Part shown: in pieces, positions 18,037 through 25,618 of the stretch
Layout: every line of letters starts with the position of its first letter
How positions within the stretch are numbered: position 1 is the stretch's first letter
Origin: an uncultured Planctomycetia bacterium
GTDB taxonomy: Bacteria; Omnitrophota; Gorgyraeia; 1-14-0-20-64-10
Assembly: GCA_964373805.1 (NCBI GenBank)
Contig: CAYJWF010000004.1
Span: forward strand, 1,891-65,890
Direction of reading: 5' to 3'
Length of the DNA stretch: 64,000 nucleotides
Translations under genes and position numbers: made by a program
Notes under the pieces: generated by a model
Seen by the model: only the letters and a program-made list of their open reading frames with translations
Told to the model about the DNA's origin: nothing
The model's database searches: none

Positions 18037-18906
18037 ATACCGCACCCCGGCGGTTCTGGTGAGCTTCCGGAAATCCCGCATGAACCTCAAGGTCAACCTC
18101 CCCGGCTTTCCGGTGCCAATCGAACGCCCATCGATCTTGACCACCGGGGCAATCTCCGCGGCGGTGCCGGTTAAAAAACATTCCTCGGCGTTGTACAGAT
18201 CGTGTCGGGTCAGCATCTCCTCGCGGACCTTCCGGCGAACCTCAGTTGCCAACCCGATGACGCAGTCGCGGGTGATCCCCCTTAAGATGCCGGCGTAGGC
18301 CGGGGGGGTCATCAGGATTCCCCGACGGACAATGAAGATATTCTCCCCTGTGCATTCCGAGACGTAGCCCTGGGCAGACAGCATCAGGGCCTCTTCGACC
18401 CCCGCGTTGATCGCCTCGATCTTAGCCAAGATGTTGTTCAGGTAGTTCAGCGACTTGATCTGGGGGTTCAGCGCCTCCGGCAGATTCCGGGGGGTGGGAA
18501 CTGTGACGATCTCCATTCCCTCCTGGTAGATCCGCTTCGGGTACAGCACGATTTTGTCCGCGATGATAAAGACCGTCGGCTTCTCGCACTTGCGCGGGTC
18601 CAATCCCAGGTCACCCACCCCGCGGGTGACGACCAGCCGAATGTAGGCGTTGGTCAACCGGTTGGCCCGCAGGGTCCCCACCACCGCCTGGATCATCTCC
18701 TCCTTGTTTAACGGGATCTTGAGCAGGATCGTGTGGGACGACTCGTAAAGGCGATCCACATGTTCCTTCAGTTTAAAGACGAGGCCATCGTAAGAACGGA
18801 TCCCCTCGAAGACCCCGTCGCCGTAGAGAAGGCCGTGATCGTAGAGGGAGATCTGTGCCTTAGAGGAATCCACCAGTTTCCCATTCAGATAGACCTTTAG
18901 TCCCAT
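18034..18906 (-). CDS. ilvE: branched-chain amino acid aminotransferase (class IV PLP enzyme)
   Basis: Fold-type IV aminotransferase motifs, 290 aa. Confidence 0.8.
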   Translation of the reverse strand: MGLKVYLNGKLVDSSKAQISLYDHGLLYGDGVFEGIRSYDGLVFKLKEHVDRLYESSHTILLKIPLNKEEMIQAVVGTLRANRLTNAYIRLVVTRGVGDLGLDPRKCEKPTVFIIADKIVLYPKRIYQEGMEIVTVPTPRNLPEALNPQIKSLNYLNNILAKIEAINAGVEEALMLSAQGYVSECTGENIFIVRRGILMTPPAYAGILRGITRDCVIGLATEVRRKVREEMLTRHDLYNAEECFLTGTAAEIAPVVKIDGRSIGTGKPGRLTLRFMRDFRKLTRTAGVRY

Positions 18907-19685
18907 AGTCGGCCATCCTTTAACGAAAGCACGCGCCCGGCCATTTGGGTGAGCTCCGGCTCGTGCGTCACCACCACCAACGTTGTTCCTCGCTCCCGAT
19001 GGAACTGCTTGAGGAGCTTTAAGATCATCCGGCCGGTCTCGGAATCCAGATTCCCGGTCGGTTCATCGCAGAAAACGATCTTGGGATCGTTCATCAAGGC
19101 CCGGGCCATGGCCACCCGTTGCTGCTCGCCACCCGAGAGTTCAGCCGATCGATGCGCCGCTCGGTTCTTGAGGCCGACCTGTTCGAGGAGCCCTTGGGCC
19201 TTCTTCCAGGCGTCCCCGGAGGCGGTCCCAGAGCCATTCCCCATCCATCCCGGAAGGGCCACATTCTCCAACGCCGTCAATTCCGACACCAAGTGATAAA
19301 ACTGAAAGACAAACCCAAAGGCCCGATTCCGAATCCGAGCCCGTTCCCAATCGGAAAGGCCGAACAGCGACTTGCCTTCAAACCGCACCTCGCCTTCCGT
19401 GGGCCGATCCAATCCACCCAAAAGATGGAGCAACGTCGACTTCCCTGCTCCCGATGGGCCCACGATGACCAGGAACTCCCCGGCCTGCACGGAAAGGTTT
19501 ACCCCTTTCAGGACCTCCAGTAGGCACCGACCCGTTGGATAGGTCTTCTCCAGTCCCACCGCCTCTAACAGCACCCCCATCCTCCCTTTCCTTCTATCCG
19601 CTATCCGCTGTTTTACTCGTACCGAATCGCCTCGGCCGGCTGTTTCCGGGCCGCTACCCATGCTGGATAAAGGCAGGAGGCCCAA
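18897..19685 (-). CDS. lolD: lipoprotein-releasing ABC transporter ATP-binding protein LolD
   Basis: Walker A GPSGAGKST, LSGGEQQRVAMARAL, Walker B; real start is probably the internal Met or GTG near 19580, just after a GGGAGG Shine-Dalgarno. Confidence 0.8.
   Translation of the reverse strand: MGLLPLSSMGSGPETAGRGDSVRVKQRIADRRKGRMGVLLEAVGLEKTYPTGRCLLEVLKGVNLSVQAGEFLVIVGPSGAGKSTLLHLLGGLDRPTEGEVRFEGKSLFGLSDWERARIRNRAFGFVFQFYHLVSELTALENVALPGWMGNGSGTASGDAWKKAQGLLEQVGLKNRAAHRSAELSGGEQQRVAMARALMNDPKIVFCDEPTGNLDSETGRMILKLLKQFHRERGTTLVVVTHEPELTQMAGRVLSLKDGRLWD
19596..19618. repeat. heptamer pair (AGCGGAT x2, mRNA sense) just upstream of the lolD Shine-Dalgarno and start
   Basis: Plus strand CTATCCGCTATCCGCTG. 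Confidence 0.55.
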
Positions 19686-20803
19686 CTAATCCCCATGGCC
19701 GCCAACCCTACGGCCAACGCGTCCCAAGGTTCCAACTTCACCGGCAGCCGATCGATGTAATAGATCTCCGGTGGCAGCTGAATGAACTGGTACTTCGCCA
19801 AGAGGGTGCACAAACCGAGCCCCAGCCCGCCCCCTAAGAAGGTGCCGAGACAACCAATGAGTAGACCGGCCCAGGTAAAGATCCGACGGATGGAGGCGTT
19901 GGTCGCTCCTAAGGCCTTCAAGATCCCAATCTCCTTCGTCTTCTGAACCACCACGATGAGAAGGGTCGCCACGATGTTAAAGCAGGCCACCAACACGATG
20001 AGGGCCAAGATGACGAACATGGTCACCTTCTCCAATTTGAGGGCCGCAAAGAGATTTCGGTTTAAGTCCATCCAGGTCACCACCCAGTACGGAAACCCAA
20101 GCTTCCGCCGAAGGAGATCCCGAACCGAAGGGGCCTCCAGCGCCGCTTTAAGCCGCACCCCAATTCCAGAGACCCGATCCGGAGTGCCGGCGACTCCCTT
20201 CACCGTCTCGATGGAGGCGAGGGCCAGATTGAGATCGTAGTCGTACATCCCGGTCGCAAACGTGCCCTTGACCTTCATGGGGAACTTGGTGGCCTTCTCT
20301 CCGCCGATCACCGTGATGGAATCCCCGGGTCGAACCCCCCAGCGCCGAGCCAGTTCCGACCCCAGGATTAACTCTCCCGATTGCGGCGGCCAGTACCCTT
20401 CTCTTCGAGAAAGGCGGCTCGCCAACTCCGTCACGGAAGGTTCCCTGGCTGGGTCGATCCCTCTGAGGATGACACCGGTCGCCTCCTTCCCCCGTTGAAG
20501 CAGCACTTGGATTTGGAGGAAAGGGGCCGCCGCCTCCACCTGAGGAATTTCGGTGAGCGTGTTTAAAATGGAATCGACCTCAACGACCCCTCCCTCGGCT
20601 TCAACGATGAGATGTGGATTCGCCCCGACGATCTTCGACTGCAAGTCGGCATCGAACCCGCTCATCACCCCTAACACCACGAGAAGCGCCGCCACCCCCA
20701 AGGCCACCCCCCCCACCGAGATCACCGCGATCACCGAGACAAACGGCTGCGATCGCTTCAACCCCTTCAAATACCTCATCGCCAAAAACAGTTCGTACCT
20801 CAT
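19613..20803 (-). CDS. lolC: lipoprotein-releasing system permease LolC/LolE (FtsX-like)
   Basis: MacB/FtsX-type 4-TM permease with a large periplasmic loop; 396 aa. Confidence 0.75.
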   Translation of the reverse strand: MRYELFLAMRYLKGLKRSQPFVSVIAVISVGGVALGVAALLVVLGVMSGFDADLQSKIVGANPHLIVEAEGGVVEVDSILNTLTEIPQVEAAAPFLQIQVLLQRGKEATGVILRGIDPAREPSVTELASRLSRREGYWPPQSGELILGSELARRWGVRPGDSITVIGGEKATKFPMKVKGTFATGMYDYDLNLALASIETVKGVAGTPDRVSGIGVRLKAALEAPSVRDLLRRKLGFPYWVVTWMDLNRNLFAALKLEKVTMFVILALIVLVACFNIVATLLIVVVQKTKEIGILKALGATNASIRRIFTWAGLLIGCLGTFLGGGLGLGLCTLLAKYQFIQLPPEIYYIDRLPVKLEPWDALAVGLAAMGISWASCLYPAWVAARKQPAEAIRYE

Positions 20804-21288
20804 CCGTGAATTTTACTCTCGATCCAATCCAAGGTATTCCGGAGAAGGGCCGCTACGTCTTCAGCATCTTGGCGAGTGGGTAACCCCTCCGGTCCAATCC
20901 CCGGCAACGCATCTGGATAGCGGGTAGGAATGTAATACTGATCAAGCTTCAGACAGGTCTCTTGAAGCTTTGAAAAGCTGGCATCGAGATCTTGACAAAT
21001 AGCCAATAGCTCACCCAGGGCATGCGATCGAGGAACGGATCGCTGGCGGCTCCGCAAGAAACCCTTTAATGCCTTCTCCACACCTTGTTGAGCATGGAAA
21101 CAAGTCTGATTGTAGATCCCTTTCTCTAGGGCTGCTTCCGCCAACACAAAATCCTCGCGTGCAAACTCCATCCACCTATGCGGCTCGGTCATAGAGGACC
21201 TTCCCTTTATGGGCGATCTCGTCCACCCAAAAGCAATGGTCACTTTTCTCCATCTGAGCCACCTCTTGGGGAGTATAGACGACCACAT
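20800..21288 (-). CDS. HEPN domain protein (toxin component of a HEPN/MNT pair)
   Basis: Rx4-6H-like region and YYIPTRYPD motif; start is probably the internal Met near 21192. Confidence 0.7.
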   Translation of the reverse strand: MWSSILPKRWLRWRKVTIAFGWTRSPIKGRSSMTEPHRWMEFAREDFVLAEAALEKGIYNQTCFHAQQGVEKALKGFLRSRQRSVPRSHALGELLAICQDLDASFSKLQETCLKLDQYYIPTRYPDALPGIGPEGLPTRQDAEDVAALLRNTLDWIESKIHG

Positions 21289-21559
21289 TCAAGCCCACTT
21301 TTGGGTGGGTTAGCTGGAGAATTTCACCGATACGATCGATGAAGCGGCGAGGGGTCTTCTTCACAACGGCCAGATCGATATCGCTCCACTCATGAACATT
21401 GCCTTGGGCCAGGGAGCCGAACAGGATCATGCGCTGCGGCCCGTATTCCCGAACAATGATTCCCATGATCCGCTTCAGTTCCTGCTCAAGCCGTGTTTTT
21501 CGATCCAGGCTCTCTTGATTCATTTTTGTCGGCCTCCGCTGCTCTCGCTTGCACCCCAT
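21176..21559 (-). CDS. nucleotidyltransferase (MNT) domain protein (antitoxin component)
   Basis: GS..G....SDIDL motif of the minimal nucleotidyltransferase fold. Confidence 0.75.
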   Translation of the reverse strand: MGCKREQRRPTKMNQESLDRKTRLEQELKRIMGIIVREYGPQRMILFGSLAQGNVHEWSDIDLAVVKKTPRRFIDRIGEILQLTHPKVGLNVVVYTPQEVAQMEKSDHCFWVDEIAHKGKVLYDRAA

Positions 21560-21823
21560 AGAGATGTCTCATGCTCCTTCGTATCCACGGCCGGGCCGCC
21601 TTCGCTCCGGCGATGCCGTCCGCGCATTATTCGCCGTGCCTTGCCCCTGCGCGGGGGATCGGAACGGGCCCCATCCCGTGTTGAGAAGCGGCCATCCTCC
21701 GCCTTCACCTTTACAACGCTTTGCCGAGTCAGTGTCGTATCCATGCCCGAAATTCCGGATGTTCCTCAACAAGCTTTTCAACCTCTGCGAGAGGAAGCTC
21801 AACGGCTTTCTTTGTGAAATCGG

Positions 21824-22225
21824 CTATAAGCTTGACCACGCCAGGGAGGTACGTGCTGTTGAGCTTTTCGGAAGTAATGGACACATTTCCTCGTCGAGCG
21901 GAGCGTCCATTCTTTCTGAAAACGTCAATAATAAAATAAAGTCATGGCTCCTGTTCTCGCGTGCCCGGTCTTGAATCGCTCTTTCTTCAATGTAGGTCCA
22001 ATCGGTCGTACCCCATTCCAAGTCGTGCAAGATAACAACAATTCTCGATTCTTCCCGAAATACCCAAGGGAGAAAAAGCTCCCCATCTGTACCGGCCATT
22101 TCCTGCCGGTGCTCTGTATAAATAAAAACCTTGCATTGATTCCTGATAGGGTCCGCGACTTGTTTCGCAAGAGGGAGCTGTTTCTTGCAGAACGAGATGG
22201 CCACATCATACGAGGGCACGTTCAT
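21824..22225 (-). CDS. hypothetical protein in a lower-GC islet, possibly TIR-like
   Basis: YDVAISF...KVFIY...ESRIVVILHD...W pattern loosely resembles TIR beta-alpha segments; local GC is clearly below the flanks. Confidence 0.3.
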   Translation of the reverse strand: MNVPSYDVAISFCKKQLPLAKQVADPIRNQCKVFIYTEHRQEMAGTDGELFLPWVFREESRIVVILHDLEWGTTDWTYIEERAIQDRARENRSHDFILLLTFSERMDAPLDEEMCPLLPKSSTARTSLAWSSL

Positions 22226-23679
22226 TACCGTTCTCCCTCCGGCTTAAGCGTTGGGAAGAGGATCACCTCCCGGATCGAATCTTGGGCCGTCAGCAGCATG
22301 GCGAGGCGGTCGATCCCGATCCCTAGGCCGCCGGCCGGCGGCATCCCGTACTCGAGCGCCTCGATGAAATCCTCATCGATCGATTGGGAATATTCCTTGG
22401 CCATCTCGGCGTACCCCTCGAAACGTTTGCGCTGCTCTACGGGATCGTTCAACTCCGTGTAGGCGTTGGCCACCTCAAGCCCCCCGATGAACAGCTCGAA
22501 CCGGTCCGCCAATTCCGGCTTCGCCGCCTGAGCCTTGGCTAAGGGAGAAAAAGCTAAGAAATAGTCCACCACAAAGGTCGGTCGGCCGCTGGATTCCGGC
22601 TCCACCAACTCCGACACGAAATTGAGCAGCCACGAACGGGAGGGTTTCTTCCCTGCCTGTCCAGTCGGCATCTCGAGCCGAACCCCGTGGCCCAAAAGTT
22701 TATCGACCCATTCCTCCACCGGGTCTCCGGGCCGAATCCGGAATTTCTTCTCCATATGCTCGGCGAAAGAGAACCGTTTCCAGGGAAGGGTAAGATCCAT
22801 CGTCTTACCGGCAAATTCCCATTTTAAGCTTCCCCGGAGCTCCTGGGCTGACGTGGTGATCAGCTCCTCGGTTAAGGTCATCATCGAGCGGCAATCCCCG
22901 TACGCCTCGTACACCTCGAGCATCGTGAACTCCGGGTTGTGACGGGTGGAGAGCCCTTCGTTCCGGAAATTACGGTTCAGTTCGTAGACCCGCTCGAACC
23001 CACCGACGAGCAGTTTTTTCAAATACAGCTCCGGGGCGATCCTCAAGTAAAGGTCCAGTCCCAACGCGTTGTGATGGGTCTTAAAGGGCTTGCCCGCCGC
23101 CCCACCGGGAATCGGCTGCATCATCGGCGTCTCCACTTCGAGGAATCCCTTCTCGTCCAAGAACCGCCGGATCCCACTCACCAGGCGGCTGCGCAACAAA
23201 AAGGTCTCACGGACCGCCGGATTGGCCATGAGATCCAGGTAACGCTTCCGATACCGAAGCTCGACGTTCTTCAAGCCATGCCATTTCTCCGGCGGGGGCC
23301 TCAAACCTTTGGCCAGAAGCCACCAATCCGAGACACGAACCGTCTTCTCCCCGGTTTTGGTGACAAAGGAGGTGCCGCTTGAAGCCAGGATGTCGCCCAA
23401 ATCCAACATCTGGACGTCCGCGTACCGTTCCTTTAAGTCGGCCTCGGAGAAACACAATTGGACCTTTCCGCTTTGGTCCCTTACATCGGCAAAGATGGTC
23501 TTCCCATGAACCCGAAAGCCGGTCAACCGCCCAGCCACCTTCACGGATCGGCCTTCTTCAAAGGCGCTCAGGATTTCCTGAAGCGACCCGTCCCGTTTAA
23601 AAACGGTTTGATAGGGGTCCGCGCCGGTGGAACGAACCGCCTTCAGTTTCGTAAGGCGTTGCTCAATCAGCTGATCCAT
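22225..23679 (-). CDS. lysS: lysyl-tRNA synthetase (class II)
   Basis: OB anticodon-binding N-domain, class II motifs 1-3 (FRNEG, GGLGIGIDRL); 484 aa. Confidence 0.95.
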   Translation of the reverse strand: MDQLIEQRLTKLKAVRSTGADPYQTVFKRDGSLQEILSAFEEGRSVKVAGRLTGFRVHGKTIFADVRDQSGKVQLCFSEADLKERYADVQMLDLGDILASSGTSFVTKTGEKTVRVSDWWLLAKGLRPPPEKWHGLKNVELRYRKRYLDLMANPAVRETFLLRSRLVSGIRRFLDEKGFLEVETPMMQPIPGGAAGKPFKTHHNALGLDLYLRIAPELYLKKLLVGGFERVYELNRNFRNEGLSTRHNPEFTMLEVYEAYGDCRSMMTLTEELITTSAQELRGSLKWEFAGKTMDLTLPWKRFSFAEHMEKKFRIRPGDPVEEWVDKLLGHGVRLEMPTGQAGKKPSRSWLLNFVSELVEPESSGRPTFVVDYFLAFSPLAKAQAAKPELADRFELFIGGLEVANAYTELNDPVEQRKRFEGYAEMAKEYSQSIDEDFIEALEYGMPPAGGLGIGIDRLAMLLTAQDSIREVILFPTLKPEGER

Positions 23680-23687
23680 ACCCTTTA

Positions 23688-23730
23688 GATGGTACCAGGT
23701 ACCTTTCTAAAATGGTACCTGATACCATTT
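23688..23730. repeat. P2 twin hairpins GGTACCAGGTACC + GGTACCTGATACC (lnt 3' end / lysS upstream)
   Basis: GATGGTACCAGGTACCTTTCTAAAATGGTACCTGATACCATTTTA. Confidence 0.8.
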
Positions 23731-23732
23731 TA
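23706..23732 (-). terminator. putative rho-independent terminator of lnt
   Basis: Minus-strand RNA ...AAAAUGGUAUCAGGUACCAUUUUAGAAAGG just after the lnt stop. Confidence 0.45.
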
Positions 23733-25178
23733 CGGCCTTCCTCGATGCAAAGATAGGGAATCCACCCCGGATTCAAAGCGAGGAACTGAGGAGATCCGCC
23801 GCCCGGCCGGATCGATGAAGCCGGACCACCCGGTGTTGGCGGCGCGAACCACCCAAACCCGGTTTTCAATCGCACGGAACACGCAGGCCTGCAGATGCTG
23901 AAGCGAGGCAGCCGACCGATGAAACCAGGCGTCGTTGGTGATGACCAGGAGCCACCGGGCCCCTTCCCGAACAAAACGTCGAGACAAATCTGGAAAGAGA
24001 TCCTCGAAGCAGATGAGCACACTGAAGGGAAGGACGTCGTGGGTCTTGAGTCTTGAGTCTTCAGTAAAAGGCTGCCGAAAAGTAGCCGGTTGGAAAACGG
24101 TGAATCGACTTCCGGGGGAGAAATTCCCCATTAAAACGAACCGGCGTAGCCATCCAAAAAAGAACTCGAGGGGGAGGTATTCCCCGAAAGGGACCAGATG
24201 AACCTTGTCGTAACGTTCCACGAGATTCCCTTGGGGGTTTAAAAGGCAAGCGCTGTTAAACATCCTTTCGGTACCTGATACCGTTTCAGTAACCGGTGCC
24301 CCCACCAGTAAAGGAGTGTCCGTGGCTTGCGCCAATTTCTGGAGCCGTTCGAAGATCTCGGGGTCCTCCAAGTATCCAGGTACCGCCGTCTCCGGCCAGA
24401 CGATGAGGTCCGGACGGGATTGAGCGGCTTGACCCGTTAACGTTTCGTAGCGATGCCAGATCTCCTCTTGGAAAACCTCATCCCACTTCTCGGTCTGCGG
24501 GATGTTGCCCTGCACCACCGCAACCCTGAAAGACAGTCGTGGGTCGTGGGTCGTGGGTCGCGAGTAAACCTCAAGCTGGTGAATGCGAAAGGAGCCGTAG
24601 GCCAGCGCAGCAAGCAAACAGGCGCCTGCCAACGCTATAGCGGATAGTCCTTTCCTATACGCTGTACGCTGGACGCTATACGCTAACCAAAGGGCCACGT
24701 TGACCAGAACCACGAGAAAAGAGACCCCGTAGACACCGGTCAAATCGGCGATCTGAATGACCGGAATCCAATTCCACTGGGTGTGAGCGATCAGGTTCCA
24801 TCCGAAGCCGGTCAACCAGGTGTTGCGAAGATACTCCAGAAGAACCCACGCCGCCGGCAAAGTGAGAAGGGGTGTACGGTGTACGGTGTGCGGCGTACGG
24901 CGAAGACCACTCACCATTCTCTGGGCGAGCCAGCCCCAGATCCCAAAATACAGAGCCAGGTATCCGATCAGTAAAACCGTCCCGGGAATCGTCACGTATC
25001 CCACCCACCAGATCGTCCCAGCAAAGAAGAGGATCCCGATAAGATAGCTTTGTAGGAAGGCCTTTCTTGGGGAACTTTTCTCCAGCGCAAGCAGCCAAGG
25101 CAGATAGGCCACCCACGCTAGCCACCCCAAATCAAAAGGCGGGAAACTTAAGACGAAAAGAAGGGCAGAGACAGCCAA
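23730..25178 (-). CDS. lnt: apolipoprotein N-acyltransferase
   Basis: N-terminal multi-TM region plus C-terminal CN-hydrolase domain (CFEDLFP); carries three in-frame heptamer tandem arrays and one GGTACCTGATACC palindrome. Confidence 0.85.
   Translation of the reverse strand: MAVSALLFVLSFPPFDLGWLAWVAYLPWLLALEKSSPRKAFLQSYLIGILFFAGTIWWVGYVTIPGTVLLIGYLALYFGIWGWLAQRMVSGLRRTPHTVHRTPLLTLPAAWVLLEYLRNTWLTGFGWNLIAHTQWNWIPVIQIADLTGVYGVSFLVVLVNVALWLAYSVQRTAYRKGLSAIALAGACLLAALAYGSFRIHQLEVYSRPTTHDPRLSFRVAVVQGNIPQTEKWDEVFQEEIWHRYETLTGQAAQSRPDLIVWPETAVPGYLEDPEIFERLQKLAQATDTPLLVGAPVTETVSGTERMFNSACLLNPQGNLVERYDKVHLVPFGEYLPLEFFFGWLRRFVLMGNFSPGSRFTVFQPATFRQPFTEDSRLKTHDVLPFSVLICFEDLFPDLSRRFVREGARWLLVITNDAWFHRSAASLQHLQACVFRAIENRVWVVRAANTGWSGFIDPAGRRISSVPRFESGVDSLSLHRGRP
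24036..24900. repeat. four separate heptamer tandem arrays inside lnt
   Basis: (GTCTTGA)x2.4 near 24044; (GTCGTGG)x3.4 near 24529; (AGCGTMY)x4 near 24640-24690; (GTGTACG)x4 near 24866. All are kept in frame (encode SRLKT, PTTHDPR, AYSVQRTAYRK, RTPHTVHRTP). Confidence 0.7.
24268..24284. repeat. P2 single hairpin GGTACCTGATACC inside lnt
   Basis: In frame; encodes ...ETVSGTER... Confidence 0.7.
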
Positions 25179-25180
25179 GC

Positions 25181-25603
25181 TTACTGCTGCATCCCTCCCA
25201 GAGAAGGCAGGCGGGTGGAGGTGACGATCCGCATCGCCTCCTCCTCGGTGAATCCCCGGTCGATCAAGGCAAGGTAATAGGTCCGCATGAAGGTGGCCAA
25301 GTTCTGCGCCGTTTCCGGCTCGGCCATCACCTTGGTCATCCCCCGGATCATCGACTCCATCATCTGACCCATCATCGGCCCCATGACCGCCTCGGTCATC
25401 TTGTTCATCTCCTCCATCGCCTTAGCCGTCTCTTCAGCCGTCATCCCACCCTTCGCCTTCTCGGCCGGGGCCGCCGACCTTCTCGATGGGGATGAAGCTG
25501 CCGTCGGATCTTCCAGGGTTTGCTCCTCAGCCTGCGATATCCCTGTAAAAGCGCCTAAGCCCACCACCAGAAAACCGATCACGACCTGTTTCCAGATCAC
25601 CAT
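25181..25603 (-). CDS. small secreted Met-rich hypothetical protein
   Basis: Signal peptide, then Met/Glu-rich sequence; no family recognised. Confidence 0.35.
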   Translation of the reverse strand: MVIWKQVVIGFLVVGLGAFTGISQAEEQTLEDPTAASSPSRRSAAPAEKAKGGMTAEETAKAMEEMNKMTEAVMGPMMGQMMESMIRGMTKVMAEPETAQNLATFMRTYYLALIDRGFTEEEAMRIVTSTRLPSLGGMQQ

Positions 25604-25618
25604 CCTCTCATCCCTCCT

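Noticed and set aside
21549-21823. ORFs 21549..21974(+), 21569..21802(-), 21520..21744(-)
   Set aside because: No recognisable domains or RBS; likely non-coding spacer or remnant between the MNT gene and the TIR-like gene.
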